A stretch of 63,738 nucleotides of DNA, the filler included, from Guillardia theta CCMP2712 (lineage: Eukaryota > Protista > Cryptophyta): the NCBI RefSeq assembly GCF_000315625.1. It is 4 parts of 4 records of this genome, joined end to end, with 100 filler letters (N's around TTAATTAATTAA, not from the genome) between each part and the next. Parts side by side here need not be neighbours in the genome. Positions count along the whole stretch, not along the records: positions 1 to 30,773 come from NW_005434638.1; positions 30,874 to 52,552 come from NW_005434593.1; 2 more parts are not named here. The stretch is one strand, 5' to 3'. Positions 23,915 to 36,890 of this stretch are shown here, one piece after another. The position numbers and the translations under genes are program-made. The notes beneath the pieces were generated by a model. That model was not told where the DNA came from. It did no database searches and saw nothing but the letters and a program-made list of their open reading frames with translations. Within the stretch, counting starts at the first letter, position 1, and each line of letters starts with the position of its first letter.

Positions 23915-26614
23915 ATCCTCGAGTCCTTAGACGCGATACCCGGAGGCAGCCAACTGACCACTGTCAGTCGAGACGTCCGCGCCGGCACAAAGCTGGCGGC
24001 CGCGGACGGAGAAAGGGCAGCCGCCGACAAGGAGCCGGCGCTGCCCGCCGCCGGGGTCCGCCTGGGGCAGCGGACGGAGGGAGACTGGACACAGGAACAC
24101 GGTAGCGCTCGAGGTTCAGCTTGTTCCTGCTTTGTTTTGCTTGAGGCCCTTTTTACCTTCTGCCAGTAAATCCTATACCTCCCGCTCGAGGTAGTCCTCC
24201 TCGCTAGCCTCCGAGTCAGCGGTAGCCGAGTCAGCGGTAGCCGCCCGTGACGGCGGCGACGCCGCGGCAATGCCCAAGGACCGGCGTGACCCGACCGATG
24301 CCGGGGAGGAAGCAGGCGAGCTCGGACCAGCAGCAAGCACCCCAGTGGTGTCGAGCTCTCCGGAGGCACCCGACGTCACAGTGAGGGACGGAGACGCTTC
24401 GCCAGCTCCGCGCCGATCGTCGGGGCCACTCGAAGGGTGTATAGGATTTACTGGCAGAAGGTAAAAAGTGCCTCAAGCATGACACGCGAACCAATCCAGG
24501 GTCTTCTTGCACACAGTCCACAGCGAGAAGCTGCACAAACACACACAAAACACAAGCCCGAAAAGAACCAGCACTGCTGGCACCCAGACGCGGCATCGCC
24601 AGCCCAAGCGCGAAGCCGCGCAGACAAGCAGCCTAAGGGTCAAGCAATCAAGCAACAAGCAGCAGGAGCATGCAGGAGGAAGAAAATCCGAAGGGTGTCC
24701 CCCATCGGAGTCGGAGACCTCCGGCGAAGACTCCCCCTCGGGCGACTCGACAAAGTCCGAGGAGGAACTGTCCTCTGGCTCGAGAAGTGCTTGCGCCCGC
24801 AAGGGCGTCATGCGCCTCGCACCAGACAAGAGCGCCTCCAGCGTCAGCTGCATAGTGAGGCGCTGATAGGTGGCGGCGCGTTTGCGAGCCAGGACCTCAG
24901 CAGCAGGGCCGTCATCAGGCACGAAGTGCCGACCAAACGCCGCATCCTCAAGAGGCATCGAGCGCTGAGCAATGATGTCCGCGAGATACCAGATGAAGCG
25001 GAGGGTGTCAGGATGCAGGGTAACGTCCGTCGAGATGGCAAGAGGGATGAACTTACGCTCGAGGAGGAGTAGTCATAGCATATGCAGCGCAATGTTTGCG
25101 AATCTTCTCAGACGCTGCAACATGGAGGGCGTCGAGGTTGACCTCCCCCCACTTGGTCTGGTCGGCAGAGCTACCAATGTAAGGGTGGACCAACGTCACG
25201 TCCGCCATCAAGCCCTCGTACTGCTCAGACCCTCGATCGCGGATTCCAGGGATGTGGAGAGTGGATTTACTGGCAGAAGGTAAAAAGTGCCTCAAGCAAA
25301 ACAAAGCAGGAACAAGCTGAACCGGCAGGCACACAGTCCACAGCGAGAAGCTGCACAATCACACACAAAACACAAGCCCGAAAAGAACCAGCACTGCTGG
25401 CACCCAGACGCGGCAGCGCCAGCCCAAGCGCGAAGCCGCGCCGACAAGCAGCCGAAGGGTCAGGCAATCAGCAGCAGGAGCATGCAGGAGGAAGGTATAG
25501 GATTTACTGGCAGAAGGTAAAAAGTGCCTCAAGCAAAACAAAGCAGGAACAAGCTGAACCGGCAGGCACACAGTCCACAGCGAGAAGCTGCACAAACACA
25601 CACAAAACACAAGCCCGAAAAGAACCAGCACTGCTGGCACCCAGACGCGGCAGCGCCAGCCCAAGCGCGAAGCCGCGCCGACAAGCAGCCGAAGGGTCAG
25701 GCAATCAAGCAACAAGCAGCAGGAGCATGCAGGAGGAAGGTATAGGATTTACTGGCAGAAGGTAAAAAGTGCCTCAAGCAAAACAAAGCAGGAACAAGCT
25801 GAACCGGCAGGCACACAGTCCACAGCGAGAAGCTGCACAAACAAGAGGGATGAACGCTCGAGGAGGAGTAGTCATGGCATATGCAGCGCGATGTTTGCGA
25901 ATCTTCTCAGACGCTGCAACATGGAGGGCGTCGAGGTTGACCTCCCCCCACTTGGTCAGACAGATAATGGCCTAAACCAATGTAAGGGTGGACCAACGTC
26001 ACGTCCGCCATCAAGCCCTCGTACTGCTCGGACCCTCGATCGCGGATACCAGGGATGCGGATGACAATGGATTTACTGGCAGAAGGTAAAAAGTGCCTCA
26101 AGCAAAACAAAGCAGGAACAAGCTGAACCGCCAGGCACACAGCGCACAGCGAGAAGCTGCACAAACACACACAAAACACAAGCCCGAAAAGAACCAGCAC
26201 TGCTGGCACCCAGACGCGGCACCGCCAGCAGCAGTAAAGGATTTACTGGCAGGAGGTAAAAAGTGCCTCAAGCAAAACAAAGCAGGAACAAGCTGAACCG
26301 GCAGGCACACAGTCCACAGCGAGCCCAAGCGCGAAGCGGCGCAGACAAGCAGCCTAAGGGTCAGGCAATCAAGCAACAAGCAGCAGGAGCATGCAGGAGG
26401 AATAAAATCCCTTAGACGCGATACCCGGAGGCAGCCAACTGACCACTGTCAGTCGAGACGTCCGCTGCCGCCACAAAGCGGGCGGCCGCGGACGGAGAAA
26501 GGGCAGCCTGCGGATATCGCCCTTCATCTATCGACCGAAGACTCCCCGGGCGGACCCCCGGGCCCCACCGGCTCCTACTTGTATAGGATTTACTGGCAGA
26601 AGGTAAAAAGTGCC

Positions 26615-28180
26615 TCAATATGCAGCGCGATGTTTGCGAATCTTCTCAGACGCTGCAACATGGAGGGCGTCGAGGTTGACCTCCCCCCACTTGGTCAGGT
26701 CGGCAGAGCTACCAATGTAAGGGTGGACCAACGTCACGTCCGCCATCAAGCCCTCGTACTGCTCGGACCCTCGATCGCGGATTCCAGGAATGTGGATATC
26801 GCCCTTCATCTTGCGGCCATGAGGATGGGAGGGTACCTGCCGTCGAGAACGAGGATCCCCCACTGTATCGATGACGCTCTGAAGACCAGCTTCGTTCAGC
26901 ATCGACCGAATCGTACGAGTAAGGTTGTCATGCGCCGTGGGAAGCTTGGAGGATCGGCGTTTGCAGGTCTGGAGATGATGTGCAGCAACGGAGGGGTCAA
27001 GCTCGCGCTGACATCCATCACATTCCGTCGGACACTGGCAGATCGGCATGCCATGGAGATAGCAGTCGAGCATCTGAGCATAGCGGTGCGGGAAGGCCTT
27101 GAGGGGGTAGTAGCTCGAGACTCGCATCGGAGAGTGGCTCAGGTCTCGCTCAGGAAAATGAGCGAAGATGGTAGACTGCAAGACCCTATCCTGCGACTTG
27201 AGCGAGTGTGTCCTGCGGCTGTGCAAGGTGAGGATATCACGCTGCTGATCCGTCAGCGCAGCGCGAGCATGCACATGGCGAGGGAAGACGCGCATGACAA
27301 GAGGGGTCACATTTCGCTGCGCAGGCGGAGGAATGAAGTGCTCATGAGACGAGTCGACGAGAGCGCGCAAACCAGGGATGTGTACCACAGATGCCGGGGG
27401 GCCCGGGCGTCCTGCGTCATCAGGCACAGCAGCCGGGGCAGATGGGATCGCCGCGCCATCTGCAGCCGGTGCAGGAGCCTTCACACGACGGTAGAGGATC
27501 GCTCCAGCATTATGAACGAAGTCGTGCGCCTCAACGAAGAAGGTCGCCAGAGGATGCTTCTGGGCACGGAGAGATCTCGAGCAGTGAACGTCCAGGCTAT
27601 GAGGAGAGGGCAAGGTCCGGGACATCGGCTGGTCAGAGTACCAAGCGAGGAAGCGAGCGATAGCCGTATAGTAAACAGCGGGGTGTAGACCCTCAGAGGG
27701 CGTGAACTCGTCCCCTCCCCGACTATGCGGAAGCTCCCGCTTGAACCTCGCAAACTCTAGCAGGTCGGGATGCGCGGCGAGGTACTGCGAGGAAGGCCAG
27801 CGGTGGTATTTCTCAAGCGCCAGGTGGACAGAGAGGTCAAAGCGACGAATCTGTGATTGGACCCGCGGGAGAAACGGAGATGACCCCTGGAGGAAGAAGC
27901 GCAGCTTCTGGAGATGGCTCGCCCTCACCAGCGTCTTGAACATGAAGCCATGCTGGACGAGCCCGAGCTTTGAGAGCTCTTCGTTGAGGGTAGAGACCTT
28001 CGCTCGGAGCTGACTAGCATGAAATCCATCCGTGCCGATAGGCAGGCCGCCAAGTGTAATCCCGCCAGTGACGACCTCGAAGTGAAGAAGTTGAGTCTTG
28101 AGACGGCGCTTAAGGCTCTTCTTCAGCTGCGAGAGATCAGGGTGTTGATGCCAGGAGGGGATGACTGGGAGGTCCAGAGG
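26615..28180 (-). pseudogene. 5'-truncated CRE-like retrotransposon ORF: last RT motif, thumb, zinc finger, REL endonuclease
   Basis: The frame is open upstream of ORF 26615-27943 and gives GITLGGLPIGTDGF (RT motif 7). It continues RELPHSRGG (thumb), CDGC..AHHLQTC (Zn), AHDNL, KGDIHI..MADVTLVHP and EKIRKH..Y (REL). Confidence 0.85.
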
Positions 28181-28799
28181 GGGGCCGGGTCACTCCGGCG
28201 GCACTGGGCCCGGGCCGGCCCGCCACAACGGTTCCGGAGGCTTCGCTCGGACCGTCGGCCCGGGACATCCTCTCCCGGGAAGTTGGCAGGTCCTAAAAGG
28301 TGGGCCTGCCTCAGAGTCCTTCAAAGGTCAAGGATAACATGGCGATGAGGTGAGAGAGTGGGTTCGCTCTTGGTGATGCCCTGCAGCTGCTCTTTGCTTG
28401 TGCTCCTTCCTCTTGCTGCTCCTGTACGCGCTCTTACTCCTGAAGCTCAGCCATCTTCCTTCTTGTCTCTTCCTTCTCTTTCTCTTCCCTTCCTTCTCTT
28501 CCTTCTCTTCCTTATCTGTCTTCACGGCACTTCCCTCCTCGTCTCTGTTTTACTCTTTGAGCTTGACATGTAGTATTCGCAGGAAGGAGCTCACGGCTGG
28601 TTCGTTCCTCATTCTCTCAGCTCTGCTCATCGCGAGCTTTGGCTTGGTGGGTCACTGGCGAGCTCGGTGAGGACAGGCTTATCACGCCTCTCAAGTGACG
28701 CTCGCACACTCTCAGCAGCCTTTCAATGGAGCAGCGACTTCAGCACACCCTCGTGCCGGGATCCTCCTCCTATCTGTCCGCAAGCAAATACTTGAAGCA

Positions 28800-30474
28800 G
28801 GTCAGCCCTACCTCCTAGCCCTGACCTGCTGGCCTAGATCCTGACGCTGCTGTAGCTGCAGGTACAGTCGGCAGCCGGACAAGTAGCGTATGAGAAGAAG
28901 CAGGAAGCGAAGCGTGAGGCTGCGATGCGAGAGGGGATGAAGCAGGCGAAGCAGCTCTATCAGTACACGATGAGACACGGTGAGAGCTTGATTGAGAACA
29001 AGTGAAGGTAAAGGGTTGCAGGTTATGGGAAAGATCAGGACAGGGAGATGTGGAAGACCCTTGAAGCTTTCAGTCATAGGAAGTGATTGAAACCGAGTCT
29101 TGCTCTTGTTGAAGTACTTGATCTTTGCTGTAAACTTTCATCTCCTCTTCATCTCCTCGCTTCGCTTTTTCCCTCTCCCCCCCCCCCTTCGTCTTCAGAG
29201 TACAAAAGTGCCTCATGTTCCTGGCGGCTTCTTGACGATGGAAGGCTCAAGTTTCTTCACTTCGTCCTGCGCATTTCGGCATGTCGGTATGGGTCAGGTG
29301 TGCATGATCGCACCTGCAAGAAGGACAAGATCTGCTCCTCGTTTTCAAGCTCCTCCTTCACCAAAGTAATTTCCGCCTGTTTGTGATGAGCATGGCCAAG
29401 TCGGAGTCTTCATTCTCACCTGCACTCGTCGTTGTGCCGCTTGAATCCTCAGCAGCTCCTCTACCAGCAGCTCAGTTAGCTCACTTCTCTCTCGTCACAA
29501 CCCGGCCTCACCATGCTCGTTTAGAGGCGAGAAGAACGGCTCGATGGTGGCCCACGCGGGCCCTCCTGTGCGAGGGGTCAGGCTGGTGCTGCGGGTCAGG
29601 CGCGTCACCGTTGGGCATGCGGGTGTTGCACATGCCGATCCTCTGAAGGAGACCCTGCGAGAGCCTGAGGAGGGACCGCGCGAGGCATCGGGAACCTCAT
29701 TGGGAGCGTTGAAGACGAACTCATCGTGTCGCTCGGAGACGACCGGCTTCTTCTGCGAGGGCTCTCCTGGTCCTCTCCCGTTAGACCTGAGCTAGCGAGT
29801 GCAGACGCGCACCGACGCGGGGGAAGAGCTTGAGCATGTGCTTGATCTCCAGCCCTTGCTCGGGCCCTGCGATAACAAGCGGGTGAGGGAAGGGAGAAGC
29901 TGGCACGAGCTTCACCATCATGAAAGAAGATGCGAATCGTGATCTCAAACTCTCCCCATCCCAGCTCGCAGACCTGACCCCCGCTCGTCAGCTCAGGCTT
30001 TCACTACTGGCATGAGACGTGAAACGGGGCTGTGTCGATAACTCGGGTGGGGTTGTTGAAGGAGGGATGCAGCTGAAAGATCACACGCTCAATGAGCGGC
30101 GTCAGGTCCTCGTTGTTCGCTCCGCGGACATAGACATGCCTGCAAGGGCATCACAGGAAGCTGCCTCCTCCTCCTCCTCCTCCTCCTCCTCCTCCTCCTC
30201 CTCCTCCTCCTCCTCCTCCTCCTCCTCCTCCTCCTCCTCCTCCTCCTCCTCCTGCTTTCTCCTCTCACCATTTGTGCGTCTGATACTCTTGGGCTCGCTT
30301 GCCTTGCCAGAAGGCGATGGTGCCATAGGCGAACGGCACTGTCACATTCCCCTCCTTGTCTCTCAGCGGCCACACGGCATTCGGAGGAGCCGAACTCTGC
30401 ACCTTGTCCTGCCCCTCGGTTGGCCCGTTGCCTTCACTCATGAGCAGATGAAGCTGATGCTGAGACCTGCTCAC
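28800..30474 (-). CDS. Multi-exon hypothetical protein with a coiled-coil segment
   Basis: Exon-like frames such as [23 protein letters not shown] and [20 protein letters not shown] with GT-AG boundaries. No family recognised. Confidence 0.35.
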
Positions 30475-30503
30475 AGGTTGAGACCTACAGTCAGCGAAAG
30501 CGA

Positions 30504-30773
30504 GAGTGAGTGAGTGAGTGAGTGAGTGAGTGAGTGAGTGAGTGAGTGAGTGAGTGAGTGAGTGAGTGAGTGAGTGAGTGAGTGAGTGAGTGAGTGAGTG
30601 AGTGAGTGAGTGAGTGAGTGAGTGAGTGAGTGAGGGATAGAGGGATAGAGGGATAGAGTGAGTGAGTGAGTGAGTGAGTGAGTGAGTGAGTGAGTGAGTG
30701 AGTGAGTGAGTGAGTGAGTGAGTGAGTGAGTGAGTGAGTGAGTGAGTGAGGGATAGAGTGAGGATAGAGTGAT
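30504..30773. repeat. (GAGT)n microsatellite at scaffold end
   Basis: Directly visible. Confidence 0.95.
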
Positions 30774-30873
30774 NNNNNNNNNNNNNNNNNNNNNNNNNNN
30801 NNNNNNNNNNNNNNNNNTTAATTAATTAANNNNNNNNNNNNNNNNNNNNNNNNNNNNNNNNNNNNNNNNNNNN
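30774..30873. other. Artificial scaffold linker N-TTAATTAATTAA-N
   Basis: 100-nt spacer with a six-frame stop sequence; recurs at 52553 and 60041. Confidence 0.97.
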
Positions 30874-30904
30874 CCCTCCCTGCCTGCCTCCCATGCAATT
30901 TTGT

Positions 30905-33142
30905 GTCTCGGGGTTTATCATTTTACTCAATAGCCCAGTTGGTCGAGGTTGCCGAACATGCGGTCAAGGTAGCCAACCCGCGTCCTTGCAAGCCCCTGGA
31001 GGCGCTTCATGTAGCCGTTGTGATAGAACCTCTCCTCCGACTCGACGAAGTTCCTCATCTGCTCTCGAAGCTCCTGTCTTCTGCTCAGGTTCATCATCTA
31101 CCAACATGGCCGCGTCGTCAGCGCAAGGAGGAGGAAGAAGGGGTCGAGGGTCAGCCGTACCTTCCTCGTCTTCCTCTTCTCGATCTCAATGTGCTCGTCG
31201 ACCGGCATCGAGTTTCGCAGCGACACCGTCACGTATCTCTTCCAGTCAGGGCAGTAATGCGGTGACGTGTGCACGGGTACAATCTAGTTTGCGATCAGAG
31301 CGAGCAAGCGACGGGTAGCGCCCCACCGTCTCATACGTGGAGTAGGACGGAGGTCCTGCAGTCCTACAGAACTTGACATTGTAGTGATCTCTCGGCCTGG
31401 GCAAGCAGTCAGGATCAGCCAGGAGTGCTGAAGTCGCTGGGGGGGGGTTACAAGATCGGGGTCCGGGTAGCGTTCAAAGTCTGGGTAAAGCGTTAGTGGG
31501 GGGGCTGGTACACGTGAGCAGGGAAAGAGACCGTCTGGAAGTGCTTCCCTTGTACGCCATGCTGTCTGTCTGTCTGCAGCAGGCTCATTTCTCCTTTCGT
31601 TTCTGATTTGATCGCTCGAATGAACTCAAGGTAGTTGATCGAGTTGCTGTCGTCGGCGTCTATCTCGAACCAGAGATTTTCAATCTGTCATCGATTCTGA
31701 GCTCCTGCTCGCGGATACATAACGTCCGCACCTCATCTTTTGTGAAACCTTTCTTCTCCAAGACTTCCAGTGCTTTAAGAAACTGACATGAATGTTCAAT
31801 ACCACATGTTGCAGGAATGGGTCAACCTCGGATTTGTCTATAACGCCCGATCCATCCTTATCGATGTTCTTGAACATATCAAGTAGAGAAAGGCCTGAGG
31901 AGGGAGTGTGAGCTGATGAAGAGCAACCGAGAAACAAACTAGCCTCTTCTCTTCAACTTGTTCACGAAGGCCAGAAGGGTCTTGGACGACGAAGGGTCAG
32001 CCTGGTTGCCGTCCAACGATGACAGCGAGTTTGATGTTCTACCCAGCAATGAGATGAGCGAAACACAAACATCATCGCTTCGATCAACCTGTGCGAAGAG
32101 ACTGAAGGAGAGTGATGTACAGCTCGGTGAACATCTAGGGAAAGCTCCCTCCGATTCACTGGCTTCAGCTCTTTCCTGGCTAGTTGCGTGAGGAATACTT
32201 TCTCTCTGCAAAACCTGTCATCGCATCACATCATACACAGATCATGTGCACCTCTCGAAGGACTTTCTGAAAGGTCTGTAATCATCAAAATCAGGCGTCC
32301 TGATTGTGTTCATAACCTTTTCGAGCCGTGTATCGCCATGTTCGTTGTGTGACAAAGATTTGAGATAATTGAACTCTTCGTCTGCTAGAGGAACATTCAG
32401 CCTGTGCAAAATCTGCCAGGCACGTGAGGCAACGAGGAACAAGCGCCGAGGTCTTCACCGTTCTCATGGTTTCATAGCTCAACACGCCATCGTTGGATGC
32501 TCTCTGAAGTTCTAGGTTGACGTCAGCGCTGCATCTTGACACCTTATCCCGTATCTGCATCCACAAGATGGTCATATACGCCATATGCACTGTTTCTTGA
32601 CGCGTCAAGGTTGACCGTGACAACTCACCCTGTTCTGCATTTTTCTCTCCACGTTGGAGTCAGAGGTACGATCCGACCCTTCACGAGACTGCGACTGAGC
32701 CACGTGGCTGGTCGACGGACGGTTGGTCACTCCAACCTGATTTCTGTGAAGCAGAATGAAATGAGACACAGCTCGACTGGTTTGAACATTCTTCACCTCC
32801 TCCTGCTGCTGTGAGAGCTTGCAGATCCTCTTGGGGTAGCTTGAAGCTTCAATTCCATGGTTTAATGCTGGCAGTGAAGTATCAGTGGTAGAACTGTGCA
32901 TCACCTTTTAATCAAGCTCGTACCCGAGAGGCTGAAGCTAAACGCTATTCAAGTCTACAGAATCTACTATTCTCTCAACGTGAGGCAGGGTAGATCACAG
33001 ATGTGAGGCTTGATTCATATGTTTCTATCTCTCCTCCTCCATCTCCACCATCATTGGTGGCTCATTTCATACTCATCACAGATGACACGTGCATCTCTGA
33101 ACAACATTCTTGCAAGTATCTCCCTTCTTTCTTCCATCATCA
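30905..33142 (-). CDS. EF-hand calcium-binding protein, multi-exon; ends approximate
   Basis: Paired loops DMFKNIDKDGSGVIDKSE (about 31880-31825) and EIDADDSNSINYLEFIRAI (about 31670-31610), plus a degenerate loop SNDGVLSYETM. Confidence 0.7.
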
Positions 33143-34473
33143 GATGACTTGAACCTGCCCTCTTCCTTCCTCTCTCTCTGTCGTTCCTACCCGCCGCAAC
33201 TCTTGCCCCTGCATGCACCAAACCCTGGCACACCACCAGGGTCTCTTTCTACTGCTCTCTTCACCCGGTAGTACAACCCTGAACCTGCGGCTCCTAACTG
33301 CCAGAAGGAACTAGTGACCCGCCGGGCGGCCCTCACTACTCTCAGTCAGGAGGCCCGGTTGCCGCCCGGGCCCGGCGTCCGATACGGTCGGCTGGGGGCC
33401 AGCTGCCACCGCGGGCCGCCGGGGCTGCCCGGCTCGCGAACGGTCCGATCAACCGGGGGGGCCGCTCCCGGACTGGGAGGCTCAGCGCCATGATTCTTTG
33501 AGTAAAGAGGAGTGTGATTCGTCGGACGGTCCGAGTCACTGAGTACAGTGAGTCACGGCACAATGACCAGCGTACGGACCACTCCTGACGGTGGCGCCCG
33601 ATGTACATCGAATGGCGTTGAATTCAACCTTATCTCGAGTTGGGGTCCGACGGCTCACGTCAGCAAAAGATAAGGGAGCCATGTGACCGGCGCCGCCCGC
33701 CACCTCAGCTACGAGTCATAGTAATACAGTGCTATGAGAGCTCAGCCGCTGCACAAGTCTGTCAGTTGAGCGGTAAGGTTAAAGTAACGCCGTCGTGCCG
33801 GCGATTGTGCCGTGACGGACCGTCGGCATGTGTGTAAAGCCTCCGTTTGCTCCTAGAAGACTGGGTGTCAGGCTTGTAAAGTAAGTCCTCTCGACAGCTG
33901 CTTGAGGTTTAGCCTACGCTCCCCGCCAGAGTCGTAGAGATAAGTCACTGGTACCGTCCGTACTGAAGGAGGTTTGTAGGGATTTCAACAATATCATTAC
34001 TAAACCTTCGACTCTCCTGATTGTCCTCGTACTGAACTTTAACTTACCTTTGAGTAAAGTTGGACTAAACCTTGGGTACAGACTAGTCAACCTGGTGCGA
34101 GTCGGGAGGTACCAATCTTGTAGCTGACACCACCCTACCCCCATGTTAGCCGAACAAAACGGTTGAACTCCTGAAATCTTTTCTCTACCCCCTCGAGCGT
34201 CTCTTACCACCCCTCTCCGGTCTGCCTACACCTCTTCGTACTACCCCCTCCCCCTCCCTCCTCAGATCTAGGAAGATAAGATGTTCCCCTTATTAGGATC
34301 AAAGCTCGCCAACTGCAGTCACTTTCCCCCTCCCTCCCTCCCTCCCTCCCTCCCTCCCTCCCCTCTTCCTCTATCCCTACATCCAAACCACTCTCTTACT
34401 TCCGCTCTTGATCCTACATTTGAGCATCTACCACCCTATCCTTCGTGACAAACCTCAGAACACACAAGTAACT

Positions 34474-34734
34474 ATGACTAAGGGCGATTGCTGTGCTCTT
34501 CCTCCCTCTCCCGTGCCCTCGCTGGCTTCTTCTTGGCTTCACGACATCGATTCTACCTCACGCAAGTCTTCTGCTGATGAAGGTAGCGGCTCCAAGACTC
34601 GCGTGGGGAGGAGGCTTCTTCAGTCATCCCTCGAGCGAGAGGACGGAAGCTGGACCACGATCTACACGAGCAGCTACGAGCCGACGGCGAGGAGGCTGTA
34701 CAACCAGAGCATCTCGTGGGACATCATGAACTGA
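34474..34734 (+). CDS. Small unknown-family protein, copy 1 (86 aa, C-terminal RLLQSS/YNQSIS module)
   Basis: Intronless MTKGDCC...VGRRLLQSSLEREDGSWTTIYTSSYEPTARRLYNQSISWDIMN; four paralogs nearby. Confidence 0.8.
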   Translation: MTKGDCCALPPSPVPSLASSWLHDIDSTSRKSSADEGSGSKTRVGRRLLQSSLEREDGSWTTIYTSSYEPTARRLYNQSISWDIMN

Positions 34735-36494
34735 GCTGCAGGGATAGAGAGGAGGGCGGAAGCTGGCGAGAAGGGGAGGGGAGGGGTCTAAGGAGGAGGA
34801 CGAAGGAAGTGTACATTAGTGTGAATAGTAAAACAGAGATATGAAGATCATATCGGAAGGCTCATCGAGAACCCTTGTCTTACCTGGCAGCGGTTGTAAG
34901 GGACATCACTCTAGTGTGCTATGCTGGCAAAGGAATATCAAAGGACGAGAAGCATGTAAAGGCTAGATGAGTCTGCAGTGTGACCCCTTATTACGTACGG
35001 GTGGCTTCCCTAACTCCTGGTACGAAGAGGAGCAGAAGCTCAGAAGCAGCAAGAGCTCGATCTAGGCGAGTGTGCGAGTCTGCTCGTGGACTCCCGCCGG
35101 TGCTCGCATGCCTTCAAGTTCGAACGTGCCTGTCTGCATTATCCCCAGGGGGTAGACAAATGTGCTGGGGTAGGGACGGAGGGAAGATGAACGTTTGTGG
35201 TACCCGTGGGCTGTCAGTACGCAAGGTACCCAAACCATGCATGTTCGATAAATGTGTCTATAAACCCCCCCCTGCCTCCTCTCTTGCTTGATCTCACTCT
35301 AACCATCCCTCATTCATTTTCTTTCTCTCCTGTGGTAGGTTTCATGTCTCTAACTCTCCCCTCCCTCGCCTTCTTCCTTGGCATTCATGATGGTTTCTTC
35401 CGAGTCTCTCTCCCACTTTCCACAGGTTCTGCTTGCAACTATGAGATTTGGTTGGTCGTGGGCTCTCTCGTAACCATCCACCTTTCCCAACCTATCTGTC
35501 CGCGTCGTCTCTTTTGTCATTTTTATTGATACCAAGCTTTCAGTCCCTCAGTTCACGAGTTTCTCATTAACATCGCCGCATAGCTCCCGACTGTGCTGTC
35601 AGTCACAGTTGACTCAAATTGATTGTTCACGTCATTCCCCGATACCTGTAGTACGTAATGTACGAATATAAACAAAACCATTTCCGCGTGCCTAGGTCTG
35701 TCCGTGTGTCTTTCCAATACAATGTCTCAACCACTTCACGAATTTCTGTTCTGTAACACAACATCAAGTTCTGTGGGAAAGCTAGGGCTAACAACCCCGC
35801 AAGCTCGCCCACGGAGCTGTCTGCGGTGTAGAGATGGCCCCACGACTAGTGTCGATAGCGGAGCTGTCTGCGGTGTAGGGATGACTAAACGCACGGCAGC
35901 TCTCGCTCGACCCATCCCCTTCCCGTGACACCTTGCTTGTGCTCCCTCCTGCCTCCTTCCGTCCAGCTCTCGTCTCCCTACCAGCCTCCTGCTGCGCCTT
36001 AGTCGAGCCTTTGCTCAGACCCTTGGCAGGTGATATGCAAGAGACAGGCGGCGGCAGAGTCTTCGCGCTCTTCCTGCCTTGGACATGCTTGAGGCCGGGA
36101 CGAGGGGGAGGTTTCAGAAAGGCAGACACCGGCTTGGGATCTGATCTCGGCAGTAGCTTAGACTTCTCGGACCCTGGCGGTAGAGTAGCCGACAGAGGCT
36201 TGAGGCCTTTCCATCTCCTCTCCGTCTCCGTCTCCGTCTCCGTCTCCCTCGCCCAGTCGCTCTCAGACTGCCGGGGGCTGTCGTCGTTGGGCTGGAAATG
36301 CTTTGCCGAGAGCGCCCTTGAGCTTGCGAGGCAGCCCGTCCGTGTAGGCCCTTGCCCATGACGAGCTTCTCGCGACGACGTCTACAAGCCTTGTAGGCGG
36401 CAAGCAAGCGTACTCTTGCGCTAGAGGCTGGGTGAGCATGGTGCAGATGTCTGTCTTTCGCGTGCTCTTCATGTACAAGCCCTGGTCTAGAGTC

Positions 36495-36890
36495 CTACCG
36501 ACTCTCTCTACGGGACGGTCGGGACTGACGAGCCGGGGCCGGGCGTCCGATCGACCTACACTCGAAGCATTGCGATCGCTGCTGGGCGTGCTGGCAGAGC
36601 ACTATCTCTCCTGCACTCCCGGCGAAGAGAGCGGCGAGGTCGGTGCCGGCAGAGAGCATCTGGGCGACGTCTGGCGGGGGCTGGGGGCCGAGGCAGGCGG
36701 GGGAGCTTGCAGCGGGAGACAGCCTGCAGTCCTTGCATCGGGATCGTCTCCGCCCATGGATGCAGATCGTCTCCGCCCATGGATGCTGGCTCCCCCGCAC
36801 TCCTTGCAGCAAGATCGCTGGCGCCCATGGCCCCGCGGAGCTCTCTGTCCTCGCTCGCGCCATGTCTCGCGTCAGGATCAGCGCAAACAT
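36495..36890 (-). pseudogene. Protein with CxH..RSxCxxC zinc-ribbon-like repeats, frameshifted
   Basis: HGRQRSCCKECGGAS, ICIHGRRRSRCKDC and LCQHAQQRSQCFEC. A 23-bp tandem duplication near 36742-36787 shifts the frame between repeats 1 and 2. Confidence 0.6.

Larger units (their letters stand above)
18830..28190. mobile_element. Nested, rearranged cluster of CRE-like (REL) non-LTR retrotransposon family 1, fragments on both strands
   Basis: Many near-identical copies of ORF pieces and of a 3' UTR ending CCTTCTGCCAGTAAATCC(TATACC). Confidence 0.9.

Noticed and set aside
19000-26620. Recurring GGATTTACTGGCAGAAGGTAAAAAGTGCCTCAAGC as a CRISPR-like repeat
   Set aside because: It is the antisense 3' end of the retrotransposon. 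Spacing is irregular, intervening DNA is self-derived, and there are no cas genes.
26579-27688. 369-aa plus-strand ORF
   Set aside because: Antisense shadow of the GC-rich retrotransposon ORF.
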